A stretch of DNA of 64,000 nucleotides from Spirochaetota bacterium (GTDB lineage Bacteria; Spirochaetota; UBA4802; UBA5368): assembly GCA_035477215.1 (NCBI GenBank), contig DATIKU010000030.1, forward strand, positions 22,299-86,298, given 5' to 3'. Positions 54,159-63,484 of the stretch are shown here, one piece after another. The notes below the pieces were generated by a model. It saw only the letters and a program-made list of their open reading frames with translations, did not search any database and was not told the origin of the DNA. Each line of letters opens with the position of its first letter. Position 1 is the stretch's first letter. The position numbers and the translations under genes are program-made.

Positions 54159-56078
54159 TTACAGGCCGATACGGTGATGCTCCTCCTGCACGCGAACGCA
54201 CCAGTCGCCCACGTTCCAGTCGCCGAATACGCCCATGCCGCCCAGTTCGTTCTCGCCGCAGTACACGGGCACATGAATAACGGCAAGCCCGTCATGCGCG
54301 CGCGCACGCACAAGCGCCGCACGCAGCTCGCTTATCGATGTCCCACCGGAAATACTTAGCACGCCACGCACCGAATTCGCCATCGCGACATAGTCGACTT
54401 CGACCGAATCGGCCGTTTTGTACGTCTTTGAATACTGCGCGTTCTGCAGCCCCGAAATGGCTGCCATGCGCCGGTTGTCGAAGATCACCACGCATCCCCG
54501 CACGCCGTGCTCGATGCCGTCGATGAGTATTTGGGGATTCATCGTGAAACTGCCGTCACCGGAGAAGGCCACCGGATAAAACGGCCGCTCGGCCATTGCA
54601 GCGGCAAGCACCGCCGAGGCGGCGAAACCCATGAACGAGGAGCCGGTGTCGGTGAGCGTCTGTCCCTCGCGCTCGTCCCCGACAATCTGGAATGCGTTGG
54701 CCTGCACATCGCCGGCGTCGAAGAGCTTGACGGCGCCGGCTTCGTCGGCCCAGTCGCAGACCGCCTTGATGGCGGCCGGCTGGGTGAGTACTTCCTTTTT
54801 CCATACCACGTCGTACAGCGCGGGCGTGTCGTAGCGCGCACGCCTGAAGGCCTCCCATTCAGCACGTTTGCCGAAGACCGCCACCGCCCATTCCGAGCTC
54901 CCGTCGACCGGTCGGAACCCTTCGGCTTTCAGGTGATCGATCCAGGCGCGCAGGTTGCGCCGGGCGTCGCCGATAACCGCGACCGAACGGTTGTAGTGTG
55001 CGGCGTGCTGTGGTTCCATGTTGAAATTAATTACGGCATCGGCCTTTTTCCAGGCCGTTCCCGAACAGTCCCACTGGCACACCGCGCGCGCTCCGACCAC
55101 CACCGCGAGGTCCGCCTCGTTCATTGCGTAGTTGCCCGAGATCGAACCCTTCGACCCTCCGACGGTCATGTAGCGTGGCTCTGAATTGGGGACGATGCCC
55201 GAGGCGCTCGGACCGGCGACGATGGCCGCGTCGAGCAGCCCGGCGAGCTCGACCAGTTCCGGTCCGCAGCCCCTCGCCCCCTGACCGATCTTGATGGTTA
55301 CGCGCTTCGCCCTCCCGGCCAGCGCGCTCGCCCGTTCGAATACGCCCGCATCCGTACAGGCCGGCGGGCTCGATTCGAACCTTCCGGGAAATTCGAGAAC
55401 ATTACAGTCTTTAATAATCACCGGCTGGGTGTTCATCGGTGCCAGCAGAAAAAACGGACCGCTGAAACCAATTTGCCCTGTATGAACCGCCCCGCGTCTG
55501 AGCGCGGTAAAGATCGAACGCGGCTCTTGAAGAGAGTACGCGTTTCCCATGATTCCCGTCAGTTTCAAAAACTGGTACTGTTCGTCTCGGGGAATCTGCT
55601 GCATGTTGAAGCCTTCGTCGTGAGTGGTCTCGTCGCCGTAGATGTGGTACACTCCGACACCGTTGGACGCGGCGCAGAGCGAACCGGCGAACGCGTGCAA
55701 GGCCCCCGGGCCGATGGAAGTAATGACCGCGGCGGTCTCGCCGGTCAGCATCTTCAGCGCCGTCACGGCGTGAGCGGCGGCCGTTTCGTGACGCACGTTG
55801 AAGGTTTTTACCAGCCCCTCTTCCTCGTAAACACGCAGCACCTCGGCGATGTCGGTCGTGCCATGCCCGAATATCCCGACATATTTCCTCACTCCCTGGT
55901 TATAGAGGCCCAGCACGAGGGCTTCGGAGAGCGAAATATCCTGGAATTGCGGCATTGACCGCGACTCGACGGCGGCGGATATGGACCCGTGTTCAGCGAT
56001 CAATCGTGCACGATTCATTCGTTCGTTCATATCATTGCCTCGTTTTCCCCCAAACAACATGTCGTATGGTATTGCCAA
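54159..56078 (-). CDS. Thiamine-pyrophosphate-dependent enzyme, IolD-like (3D-(3,5/4)-trihydroxycyclohexane-1,2-dione hydrolase / acetolactate-synthase superfamily)
   Basis: Three-domain TPP enzyme layout, 639 aa (the IolD size class). YVGIFGHGTTDIAEVL resembles IolD FTIFGHGNVLG. C-terminal TPP-binding GDGSF motif (FSGDGSFTMN). Confidence 0.55.
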   Translation of the reverse strand: MAIPYDMLFGGKRGNDMNERMNRARLIAEHGSISAAVESRSMPQFQDISLSEALVLGLYNQGVRKYVGIFGHGTTDIAEVLRVYEEEGLVKTFNVRHETAAAHAVTALKMLTGETAAVITSIGPGALHAFAGSLCAASNGVGVYHIYGDETTHDEGFNMQQIPRDEQYQFLKLTGIMGNAYSLQEPRSIFTALRRGAVHTGQIGFSGPFFLLAPMNTQPVIIKDCNVLEFPGRFESSPPACTDAGVFERASALAGRAKRVTIKIGQGARGCGPELVELAGLLDAAIVAGPSASGIVPNSEPRYMTVGGSKGSISGNYAMNEADLAVVVGARAVCQWDCSGTAWKKADAVINFNMEPQHAAHYNRSVAVIGDARRNLRAWIDHLKAEGFRPVDGSSEWAVAVFGKRAEWEAFRRARYDTPALYDVVWKKEVLTQPAAIKAVCDWADEAGAVKLFDAGDVQANAFQIVGDEREGQTLTDTGSSFMGFAASAVLAAAMAERPFYPVAFSGDGSFTMNPQILIDGIEHGVRGCVVIFDNRRMAAISGLQNAQYSKTYKTADSVEVDYVAMANSVRGVLSISGGTSISELRAALVRARAHDGLAVIHVPVYCGENELGGMGVFGDWNVGDWCVRVQEEHHRIGL

Positions 56079-56098
56079 TGCCCCGGACCGCCGGGGAG

Positions 56099-56724
56099 CT
56101 ATGCAAGTTTCTTTATCGCGCTACTCAGTTCCCCGTTGGCAAGCGTGGCCGGGTCGAGCGTTTCCATCACGCGCGGAAACGAGAGGACCGTTTTTACTAT
56201 CTGTGCATCGAGTCGCCCGAGAATTTCGGCCATCGAATGATGCGTTCGCTTTGAGATGTCGAAAAGCGTTTTTCGGCTCTCGCGCTGCGAGGCCTGGCGG
56301 TGGGCGGGGTAACCGACTCCGGGCTCGACGCTGAAGATGCGGTCGAATATGAATCTGAAGTTGACGTCGCCCGCCCAGCCGAACTGGTAGAGCATGGGAA
56401 GCGAGACGCAGTTGCCGCCGTTGATCTGGGTAAAGAGCCAGGCCGCTATGGGATCGGCGACCAGGCCGCATACGATACCGGGGTACTGCACGACCGAATT
56501 GAGAAAACCAAGGCCCGTTCCACAGCCGCCGACCACGTAATCGACCCGGCCGGCGTTAATCAACAGGGCCGCGAGCAGGCCCGCGTGTATGTACGTAAGC
56601 TCGGGCTGTCCGCCGGTCTTCGTCATTCCGGCGTTTAGGATCTCGTGGCCCCTGCCCTCGAGCGCCGCCATAACGTCCGCATTGCGGTCGCCCGCGCTCG
56701 TTTCATTGATCACCGCTATCTTCA
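56099..56724 (-). CDS. RpiB/LacA/LacB family sugar-phosphate isomerase-like protein. ORF open to 56776; start MKIAVINE with GGAGGG RBS.
   Basis: VDYVVGGCGTGLGFLNSVVQYPGIVCG matches the RpiB/LacAB GxGxG active-site region. Confidence 0.6.
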
Positions 56725-56818
56725 TGATGCACCCTCCCCGGTATCCGGGCCGCTCGTACGGCCGTTGTGATTTCACCGCATCAGCACAAAAACGATCCGG
56801 CGCTACGACATGGAACCA

Positions 56819-57649
56819 TCACCGCTTCATTCCCAGTATCGCCCTTGCCTCGCCTGCGGTCGCGACCTCCCTTCCAAGCTCGCGCGCCAGTCTGACAATG
56901 CGCTCGACGAGTTGTGCGTTCGATTTTGCCGGCTCGCCCTTCCGGTAGTTTACGCAATCCTCCAGGCCCGTGCGCGCGTGGCCGCCGGAGAGGACCGCCA
57001 TCGTATTCATCGGCAACTGGGCCCGGCCGATTCCGGACACATTGAAGACCGAGCCCCGCGGCAGATGGTCGATCATTATCGCGAGATTTTTCAGTGTCCC
57101 CGGATAGCCGCCCATGCCGCCGACACCCATTACGAAGTTGATGTAATACGGCGCGGCGAGCAGCCCCTGTTTTATCAGGTTTTCGATCTCGCCGAACATC
57201 GATGGATTGTAGACCTCCATCTCGGGCTTGATGCCGCGCTCGAGCATCGCTTTCGCGAAGGCTTCGATCTCCAATCTGAGGTTGATGAAGGGCAGCTCTT
57301 TCCCCTGGTGGAAGAAGACGACCGAGCCCATGTTGAGCGAGGCCATCTCCGGGCCGGCGTCGAGGCTGGTGATGCGCTCGTTGATGGGAAGTCCCGGGCC
57401 GCCCGTTGTGTTCTGTATGATGATGTCGCAGCGCGCGCGGATGCCCTGGTTCATCTCGGCGAATATGCGCGCATCGGCCACTCCTTTCCCGGCCCCGTCG
57501 CGCGCGTGGAGATGGACCACGGCCGCGCCGGCCTCGTAACAACGGAGGGCCTCGCGGATGATCTCGTCGGGCTGCTCTGGCAGGGCCGGGTTCGCTTCCT
57601 TGCCGTGGATGCCGCCGGTGAGGGCGGCCGTTATTATCAGTTTATCCAT
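56819..57649 (-). CDS. Beta-keto acid cleavage enzyme (BKACE / 3-keto-5-aminohexanoate cleavage enzyme family, DUF849)
   Basis: MDKLIITAALTGG...NPALPEQPDEIIREALRCYEAGAAVVHLHARD is the canonical BKACE N-terminus. 276 aa, TIM barrel. Confidence 0.85.
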   Translation of the reverse strand: MDKLIITAALTGGIHGKEANPALPEQPDEIIREALRCYEAGAAVVHLHARDGAGKGVADARIFAEMNQGIRARCDIIIQNTTGGPGLPINERITSLDAGPEMASLNMGSVVFFHQGKELPFINLRLEIEAFAKAMLERGIKPEMEVYNPSMFGEIENLIKQGLLAAPYYINFVMGVGGMGGYPGTLKNLAIMIDHLPRGSVFNVSGIGRAQLPMNTMAVLSGGHARTGLEDCVNYRKGEPAKSNAQLVERIVRLARELGREVATAGEARAILGMKR

Positions 57650-57690
57650 GTCCGTACCCCTCTGTTGGTTTTACCGAACCATTTAAAATG

Positions 57691-59814
57691 TCAACGATTC
57701 CAAATCGTCCGTCCCCATTGGGCGAGCGCCGATGCCGCCGCCACCCAGCGAGCGACATCCGGGAACACGGGGACGCCGGCACTTCGAAGGGCGTCGGACA
57801 TCCTTTCCGTATAGCCGCCACCTGCGGCGCAACAGACGATGGGTTTTGCGCGTGTGGCGCTCAATGCGCCGATGCGCCCGACGATGCTTTCATCGAGCGG
57901 CGTGTCCTGAAATACGAAGAAGGGCATGATGATGTCCACTCTATCATCGTCCATGAGAGTTTTAATGACGTATTCGTAGTCGGCCGCCGTGGCCGAGCCG
58001 GTTACGTCGACCGGATTCTCCACTATATAAAAAAAGCTGAAATGCTCGCGCATGGCCTTTACCGAGTCGCGGCCGAGCGTTACAAGCTCGAGGCCCGTAC
58101 GCGGAAAATGGTCGAGCGCGTTTACCATGGGCCCCGCCCCGTTCGAGAGCATTGCGGCCCTGTTCCCCCGCGCCGGCGGCTGGAGCGCAAGCGCCTCGCA
58201 CGAGGCGTAGAGCTCGTGGAACGAATCGGCGAGCACGATTCCGTGCCTGCGCATCACGCCCTCGTACACCTCGTAGCTTCCGCCGAAGGCGCCAGTGTGC
58301 GAAACCGAGGCCTGGGCCGACTGCCTGTTGCGTCCCGTCTTAAAGACGACCACCGGCTTGCCCGCCCGCACGGCCATCGATGAGGCCTCGATGAATTTTC
58401 TCCCGTTCCCCAGTCCCTCGATATAGCTTCCGATCACCCTGGTTTCGGCGTCGTCCGCGAGGTGCGCGATGAGGTCGCCCTCGTCCACGTCAACGCGGTT
58501 GCCGTAGCTCACCATCTTCGAAACGCCGGTGATGCGCGCCTCCTCGAGAAAGACGCAGCCCCAGGTGCCGCTCTGAGTGATGAAGCTCATGGGGCCCGCC
58601 GGCGGGCGCGCGAGGCGCTCGTGGCTGTGGAAGAACGAGTCGAAGCGGCTCGCACCGTCGAACGACCCGATGCAGTTGGGGCCGATTAGCCGTATGTCGA
58701 GCGCGCGTGCCTTTCGTGCGATTTCGCGCTCCAGCTCCGCCCGCTCGCCGCCGAGCTCCTTGCCTCCTCCCGAAACGATGAGGGCGTTATGGCAGCCCAG
58801 GCGCGCCATCTCGTCTAGTATCTCAGGCATGCGCGCAAGGTCCACCACGACCACCACGAGCTCGGGCGTTTCGGGGAGCGCTGCGAGTTCGGGATAACTC
58901 CTGAGGCCCATGAGCGAATCGGAATTGGGATTGATGGGATACACTTTCCCCGCATACTCATAGTTGACGAGCGAATCGAGGATGACATTGCCGATTTTGC
59001 CCGGTGTCGATGACGCACCCATCACGGCGACCGAAGCAGGTTTGAAAAAAGACGCGAGCCTTTCGGTGCGCGGTTTTTCGTATTCCCCCTTTGTTCCCGC
59101 AACTTCCTTCACGAGCACCATCTTGGCGTCGACCACCGAAACGCCCGCGGCGGTGGCGATGATGGGATTGAAGTCGACCGATTCGTACAGCTCCGCCGCT
59201 TCGATACCGAGGTCGGCGATACGCACGACGGCGTCGACCAGCGCTTCCATTTTAATTGCCGCGGCGCCGCGGTAGCCGTCAAGCAGGGCGCGGCCTTTCA
59301 GGCCCGCAATCATCCCCTCGATCTCTCCGCGCGACACCGGCAGGTCCCGGAACGCGACGTCCTCCAATAGATCGGTGAAGACACCGCCGAGTCCCACCAT
59401 TATAAGCGGGCCGAATACCGGGTCGTTCTGCAGACCGACTATGATTTCGATCCCGCTTTCGGCCTGCTCCTCGATAAGGATGCCGAGATAGCCCGGTACT
59501 TTTTTCGAAACGAACATGCCATGCATCTCGTCGAAATTCTTGAGCAATTTTTCCTCGGAGCTTACTCCGGTGCGCACTCCGCCGAGCTCGGTCTTATGCA
59601 GCACGCCGTCCGAAGCGAGTTTGAGCACCAGCGGATACCTGAGCGTCTTCGCCGCGCCAAGCGCTTCTTTCCGTTCAGCGCAGAGAATACCTCTGGGGAC
59701 CGGCACTCCACGCCGGGCCAGCATGGCCTTCATCTCGTGTTCGGGCACAGCGCGCGCACCCCTCCCGGAGAGATCCCTGCAGCGCTCTGCGAAGGAATCC
59801 ATCATGTCATCCAT
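57691..59814 (-). CDS. ADP-forming acyl-CoA synthetase (ACD family), single fused polypeptide with ATP-grasp domain N-terminal to the CoA-binding / ligase-CoA domains
   Basis: N-terminal ATP-grasp (LKLASDGVLHKTELGGV), central CoA-binding (VAVMGASSTPGKIGNVIL), then IGPNCIGSF and SHTGAFGG phospho-His loop. Confidence 0.8.
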   Translation of the reverse strand: MDDMMDSFAERCRDLSGRGARAVPEHEMKAMLARRGVPVPRGILCAERKEALGAAKTLRYPLVLKLASDGVLHKTELGGVRTGVSSEEKLLKNFDEMHGMFVSKKVPGYLGILIEEQAESGIEIIVGLQNDPVFGPLIMVGLGGVFTDLLEDVAFRDLPVSRGEIEGMIAGLKGRALLDGYRGAAAIKMEALVDAVVRIADLGIEAAELYESVDFNPIIATAAGVSVVDAKMVLVKEVAGTKGEYEKPRTERLASFFKPASVAVMGASSTPGKIGNVILDSLVNYEYAGKVYPINPNSDSLMGLRSYPELAALPETPELVVVVVDLARMPEILDEMARLGCHNALIVSGGGKELGGERAELEREIARKARALDIRLIGPNCIGSFDGASRFDSFFHSHERLARPPAGPMSFITQSGTWGCVFLEEARITGVSKMVSYGNRVDVDEGDLIAHLADDAETRVIGSYIEGLGNGRKFIEASSMAVRAGKPVVVFKTGRNRQSAQASVSHTGAFGGSYEVYEGVMRRHGIVLADSFHELYASCEALALQPPARGNRAAMLSNGAGPMVNALDHFPRTGLELVTLGRDSVKAMREHFSFFYIVENPVDVTGSATAADYEYVIKTLMDDDRVDIIMPFFVFQDTPLDESIVGRIGALSATRAKPIVCCAAGGGYTERMSDALRSAGVPVFPDVARWVAAASALAQWGRTIWNR

Positions 59815-60217
59815 TGTTCTTTTCCCCCGCGGATTTTGCCGCCTTTACGCTTTCCATGATGTACGATGTATCGATCGCCGGCACGAATACGCAGGCGATG
59901 CGCACCGGTTCGCTTCCCGTGTTCAACGTCTTGTGTTCCACCCCGGGAGGCGCGTACATCGCCACACCGGGCTTCAATTCAAATTCCTTTCCATCCATCC
60001 AGGCCCTGCCGCTTCCGGACATGATGATCATGAGCTCGCCCGAAACGGGATGCGCGTGCAAATCGGTGCACCCCCCGTTGGGTGCGAGAATAGATTCGAT
60101 GAGCGAAAATCCCTGCACCGCCGCGTCCGTATCGGGCGACATGATCACCTTCAGCTCACGCTCGAACGGCTTATCGACTTTCGCCGACTGTATACTGTTC
60201 ATATCCACGATCGGCAT
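59807..60217 (-). CDS. Cupin-domain protein. ORF open to 60349; likely start MPIVDMNS with AAGAGGA RBS.
   Basis: G(C)TDLHAHP...GELMIIMSGSGRAW...PPGVEHKTLNTG two-motif cupin signature. Overlaps the acyl-CoA synthetase start by 8 nt. Confidence 0.7.
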   Translation of the reverse strand: MPIVDMNSIQSAKVDKPFERELKVIMSPDTDAAVQGFSLIESILAPNGGCTDLHAHPVSGELMIIMSGSGRAWMDGKEFELKPGVAMYAPPGVEHKTLNTGSEPVRIACVFVPAIDTSYIMESVKAAKSAGEKNNG

Positions 60218-60416
60218 GAGTGTTCCTCTTTCAAATTCGCCCCATCGTCGAAGGGGCGTAAGATATCCCTTAACATTGGGGGATTGGCGCGTGTGACCGT
60301 TTATTAAAAACGCCGCCCGCGTTTTGCGTAATATACATTTATATTGCATCTATGTCAACAATTTCACACTAATTTATTTTTTTTCTCCGCGCTATTTCTC
60401 GTTGACAATCGGGCAT

Positions 60417-60436
60417 GCACTATTATTGCATAGTGC
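60417..60436. promoter_or_regulatory. Inverted repeat GCACTAT-N6-ATAGTGC immediately upstream of the second IclR gene; candidate operator. TTGACA at 60402-60407.
   Basis: 7-6-7 inverted repeat seen directly in the sequence, in the divergent intergenic region between the cupin operon and the IclR gene. Confidence 0.4.
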
Positions 60437-60439
60437 GAA

Positions 60440-61198
60440 ATGGGCGCGACAATACAATCACTCGAGCGCGGCCTCGAAATAATGGGAGTGATCGCGCGGG
60501 CCGGACGCCCGCTCTCGCTTACCGAAATCTCGGAGAGCTTTTCGATTGACCGGTCCTCGGTTTTTCGCCTCTTAAGCACGCTGGCGAAGCACAATTTTGT
60601 GTTTCAAGACCCCGACACAAAGCGCTATTCGCTCGGTTTCCGAATGCTGGAGTATGCCGGCCTGTATGGTGAGCAGTCGCATCTGGAAAGCCTCATACGA
60701 CCCATCATGCGGCGGATCCTCGCGTCGACGAAGCAAAACACCCATCTGGCAATACTGGACGGCGCCGAGGTGGTCTTTGTCGCCGTTGAACAGCCAAGGG
60801 AATCGATTTCGCTCAATCTATCCGTCGGCATGCGCGAGCCCTCGACGGTCACGGCACTTGGCAGGGCACTCCTCGCGTTCAGAGACGCGGACACCGTCGA
60901 AAGCGCGCTTTCCGCCGCCGAATATCGCAGATATACCGAAAAATCGCCGCGTTCCGCCAAAGAGGTGATGCGCTCTCTCGACTCCGTCCGCGCTCGCAGG
61001 CTTGCCATCGATGACGGAGAATACAAGAAGGGTATCGTCTGTTTCGCCTCGCCGGTCCTCAATCACCGGAAGGAGGCGCTTTTTTCAATCGGAATATCCG
61101 GCCCGTCCGACCTCATACGGCCGCAGGCCGACAGTTATGCGGAGATCGTACGACAGTCGGGTATCGACGCGTCGCTGCTCCTCGGCTATCCCCAGTAA
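60440..61198 (+). CDS. IclR family transcriptional regulator (paralog of 25841-26611)
   Basis: SLERGLEIMGVIARAGRPLSLTEISESFSIDRSSVFRLLSTL HTH and IclR C-terminal domain. 252 aa. Confidence 0.8.
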   Translation: MGATIQSLERGLEIMGVIARAGRPLSLTEISESFSIDRSSVFRLLSTLAKHNFVFQDPDTKRYSLGFRMLEYAGLYGEQSHLESLIRPIMRRILASTKQNTHLAILDGAEVVFVAVEQPRESISLNLSVGMREPSTVTALGRALLAFRDADTVESALSAAEYRRYTEKSPRSAKEVMRSLDSVRARRLAIDDGEYKKGIVCFASPVLNHRKEALFSIGISGPSDLIRPQADSYAEIVRQSGIDASLLLGYPQ

Positions 61199-61243
61199 CC
61201 GGCTTTGGGACCGTCCGCTTCGAGTTGTTTTCTTTTTGGGCTT

Positions 61244-63484
61244 TTAACCGGCGGAAGGCAGGTAAATACTGAACCTCGAACCTGAACCCTCTTCCGAATC
61301 CAGCACAATGGTCCCGCCGTGTTTTTTTACTATCGAGTACACAATCGCAAGCCCCAGGCCGCTCCCCTTCCGCTTGGTAGAAAAATACGGATCGAACACG
61401 CGCTCTCGCAACATCCTCGGTATGCCTACTCCGGAATCCTCCACGGATATCCTTATATAATCTCCGGGGGCGAGCGCAAATGCGTCCCCCTCTCCGATTT
61501 TAACCCGCTGCGCGGCGAACCTCACCAGGCCGCCTGCGGGCATGGCCTGTTCCGCGTTGATGGCGAGGTTCTGTATCACCTGAATCAACTGACCACTGTC
61601 GGCCATTACGTCGCCAAGATCATCGGGTAAATCGAATTCGCAGAGCACGCCCCTGCCGTCCAGGCAGACATTGGCGGCTTCCCTGATAAGCGGACCGATT
61701 TCAATCTTTTCCCTTACCGGTTCGCCTCCGCGCGCGAAGGTGAGGAGCTGGCGGGTGAGATCGCGCGCCTGCGTTATCGCCCTTTCGGCGTTTTCGAGAT
61801 AACGGTACGTTTCCATCTTTTCGTCCGACCGGACTTTCGCAAGGGAGACATTCCCGAGAATGGTGGTCAACAGGTTGTTGAAATCGTGGGCAATACCGCC
61901 TGCCAGCTCGCCTATCGATTCCAGCCTCTGCGCTTTCCGCAGCTCATCCTCGAGCCTCACGCGCCCGGTAATATCGCGAATCACCAGTACCGCCCCGCCC
62001 GGCATGTCGAAACGCCCGCGAAGGGTCGTCGCCGAATATTCCACGATTTTCGCGGCGCCGTTCCGTGCGATGAGGCTCGCCCTGCGCAATGAGCCCGCGC
62101 CTTTTTCTCTATCCGGCATTTCTCCGAACGGGTCCGGTACGGGGTTGTCCGTCTGTTCGTCGATCATTGTAAGAATCTCGTCAACTGGCCTGCCCTCGGC
62201 TTCGCCCGAGGACCAGCCGGTAAACGATTCGGCGGCCGGATTGAAAAGAATCACGCGCCCTTCGCGGTCGACGGTAATAATGCCGTCGGCAATATCCCGT
62301 ATCGTAACCGCCAGCCTCGCTTTTTCGGCCTCAAGCGCCGTTTCCGCCACTTTGCGCTCTGTGATGTCCTGCACGGCGCTGACCAGTCGCACCACGCGCC
62401 GCTCTTTCTCGTCCCAATAGGGAAACACCGTGTCCCTGATCCACCTCAGGCTTCCATCGGCCGCGAAAATCCTTGCTTCCACCGTCCCGATATTGCCCTT
62501 CAATAGCTCTGGTATCGCTTTTTTAAAAAGGTGTATATCGTCGGGGTGAACTATTTCGAGCCATAAATCGAAGGAACCAAGGCGATCGAGCGGATAGCCC
62601 ATAGTTTGAATAAATTTACCCGCCGTCCACTCTCTCTCGAAACTTCCGTCGGAATTGAGCCGGAGACTGCTCGCCGCGTCGATGGCAATTTCCGAAAGTA
62701 TTCGGTACCTCTCCTCGGATTTACGGAGCGATTCTCTGGAGTCGACGATATCGGTTATATCGGTGAGTACCCCGCGTAACCCTGCAGCCTTCCCGTTAAC
62801 GCGCACCACGTTGTCGAAAATCCTTACCCAGCGGACATCGCCGCTCTTCGTGACGACCCGATACTCTCCCGGGCGGGATCTTCCCTCTAATGATTCGACG
62901 AAATCTTTGTTAACGCGGGAGATGTCCTCATCATGGAAAAAGCCCAGATAAGACGCCCCTGTGATCTCATCAGTTGAATAACCGAGTATCGCCTCGATAG
63001 CGGGGCTGATATAGGTCACCAGTCCTTCGTGGTCCACCTCGTAGATGACATCGCTGATATCCTCCACCATCCGGCGATATTTTTCCTCGCTCTCCTTCAG
63101 GCGCGTTTCGAGGCAGTGCCGCCGCATCGCCGTTTCGAGGGCCGAGAACAGGTCCAGGTCCCGTATCGGTTTCATTAAGATGCCGTAAGGGTCCGTCTCG
63201 CGGGCGCTTTTAAGCGTGTCGGGGTCCGCATGCGCAGTAATATAGACCACCGGAATCCCGCGCCGGGCGTACAGCTCCTCCGCCGCCTGGATGCCGCTCA
63301 TTTTACCGGAGAGGGTTATATCCATCAGCACTATATCGGGCTTCGTGCTTACGGACAACTCCAGCGACACTTCCCCGCTTACGGCGATACCGGAAACCTC
63401 ATATCCGAGATTATCGAGACGGGCCGCCAGATCCGCGGCAATGAGCGCTTCGTCCTCAACTATCAGTACGCGCTTTTTTGACAT
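61244..63484 (-). CDS. Signal-transduction protein: N-terminal REC, multiple PAS domains, HisKA and HATPase_c (response-regulator/histidine-kinase hybrid)
   Basis: RVLIVEDEALIAADL...DIVLMDITL receiver. HDFNNLL H-box. G-box DSGVGI...GSGLGL. 746 aa. Confidence 0.8.
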   Translation of the reverse strand: MSKKRVLIVEDEALIAADLAARLDNLGYEVSGIAVSGEVSLELSVSTKPDIVLMDITLSGKMSGIQAAEELYARRGIPVVYITAHADPDTLKSARETDPYGILMKPIRDLDLFSALETAMRRHCLETRLKESEEKYRRMVEDISDVIYEVDHEGLVTYISPAIEAILGYSTDEITGASYLGFFHDEDISRVNKDFVESLEGRSRPGEYRVVTKSGDVRWVRIFDNVVRVNGKAAGLRGVLTDITDIVDSRESLRKSEERYRILSEIAIDAASSLRLNSDGSFEREWTAGKFIQTMGYPLDRLGSFDLWLEIVHPDDIHLFKKAIPELLKGNIGTVEARIFAADGSLRWIRDTVFPYWDEKERRVVRLVSAVQDITERKVAETALEAEKARLAVTIRDIADGIITVDREGRVILFNPAAESFTGWSSGEAEGRPVDEILTMIDEQTDNPVPDPFGEMPDREKGAGSLRRASLIARNGAAKIVEYSATTLRGRFDMPGGAVLVIRDITGRVRLEDELRKAQRLESIGELAGGIAHDFNNLLTTILGNVSLAKVRSDEKMETYRYLENAERAITQARDLTRQLLTFARGGEPVREKIEIGPLIREAANVCLDGRGVLCEFDLPDDLGDVMADSGQLIQVIQNLAINAEQAMPAGGLVRFAAQRVKIGEGDAFALAPGDYIRISVEDSGVGIPRMLRERVFDPYFSTKRKGSGLGLAIVYSIVKKHGGTIVLDSEEGSGSRFSIYLPSAG

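Noticed and set aside
56810-57814. 334-aa plus-strand ORF and 253-aa minus ORF (56781-57542) overlapping the BKACE gene
   Set aside because: The BKACE frame (56819-57649, minus) has the canonical N-terminal family signature. The others are Arg/Ala-rich spurious frames.
60305-60325. Hairpin AAAACGC-cgccc-GCGTTTT between the cupin operon and the IclR gene
   Set aside because: It looks terminator-like but sits upstream of both divergent genes, so it cannot terminate either. It is more likely part of the regulatory region and is not callable.
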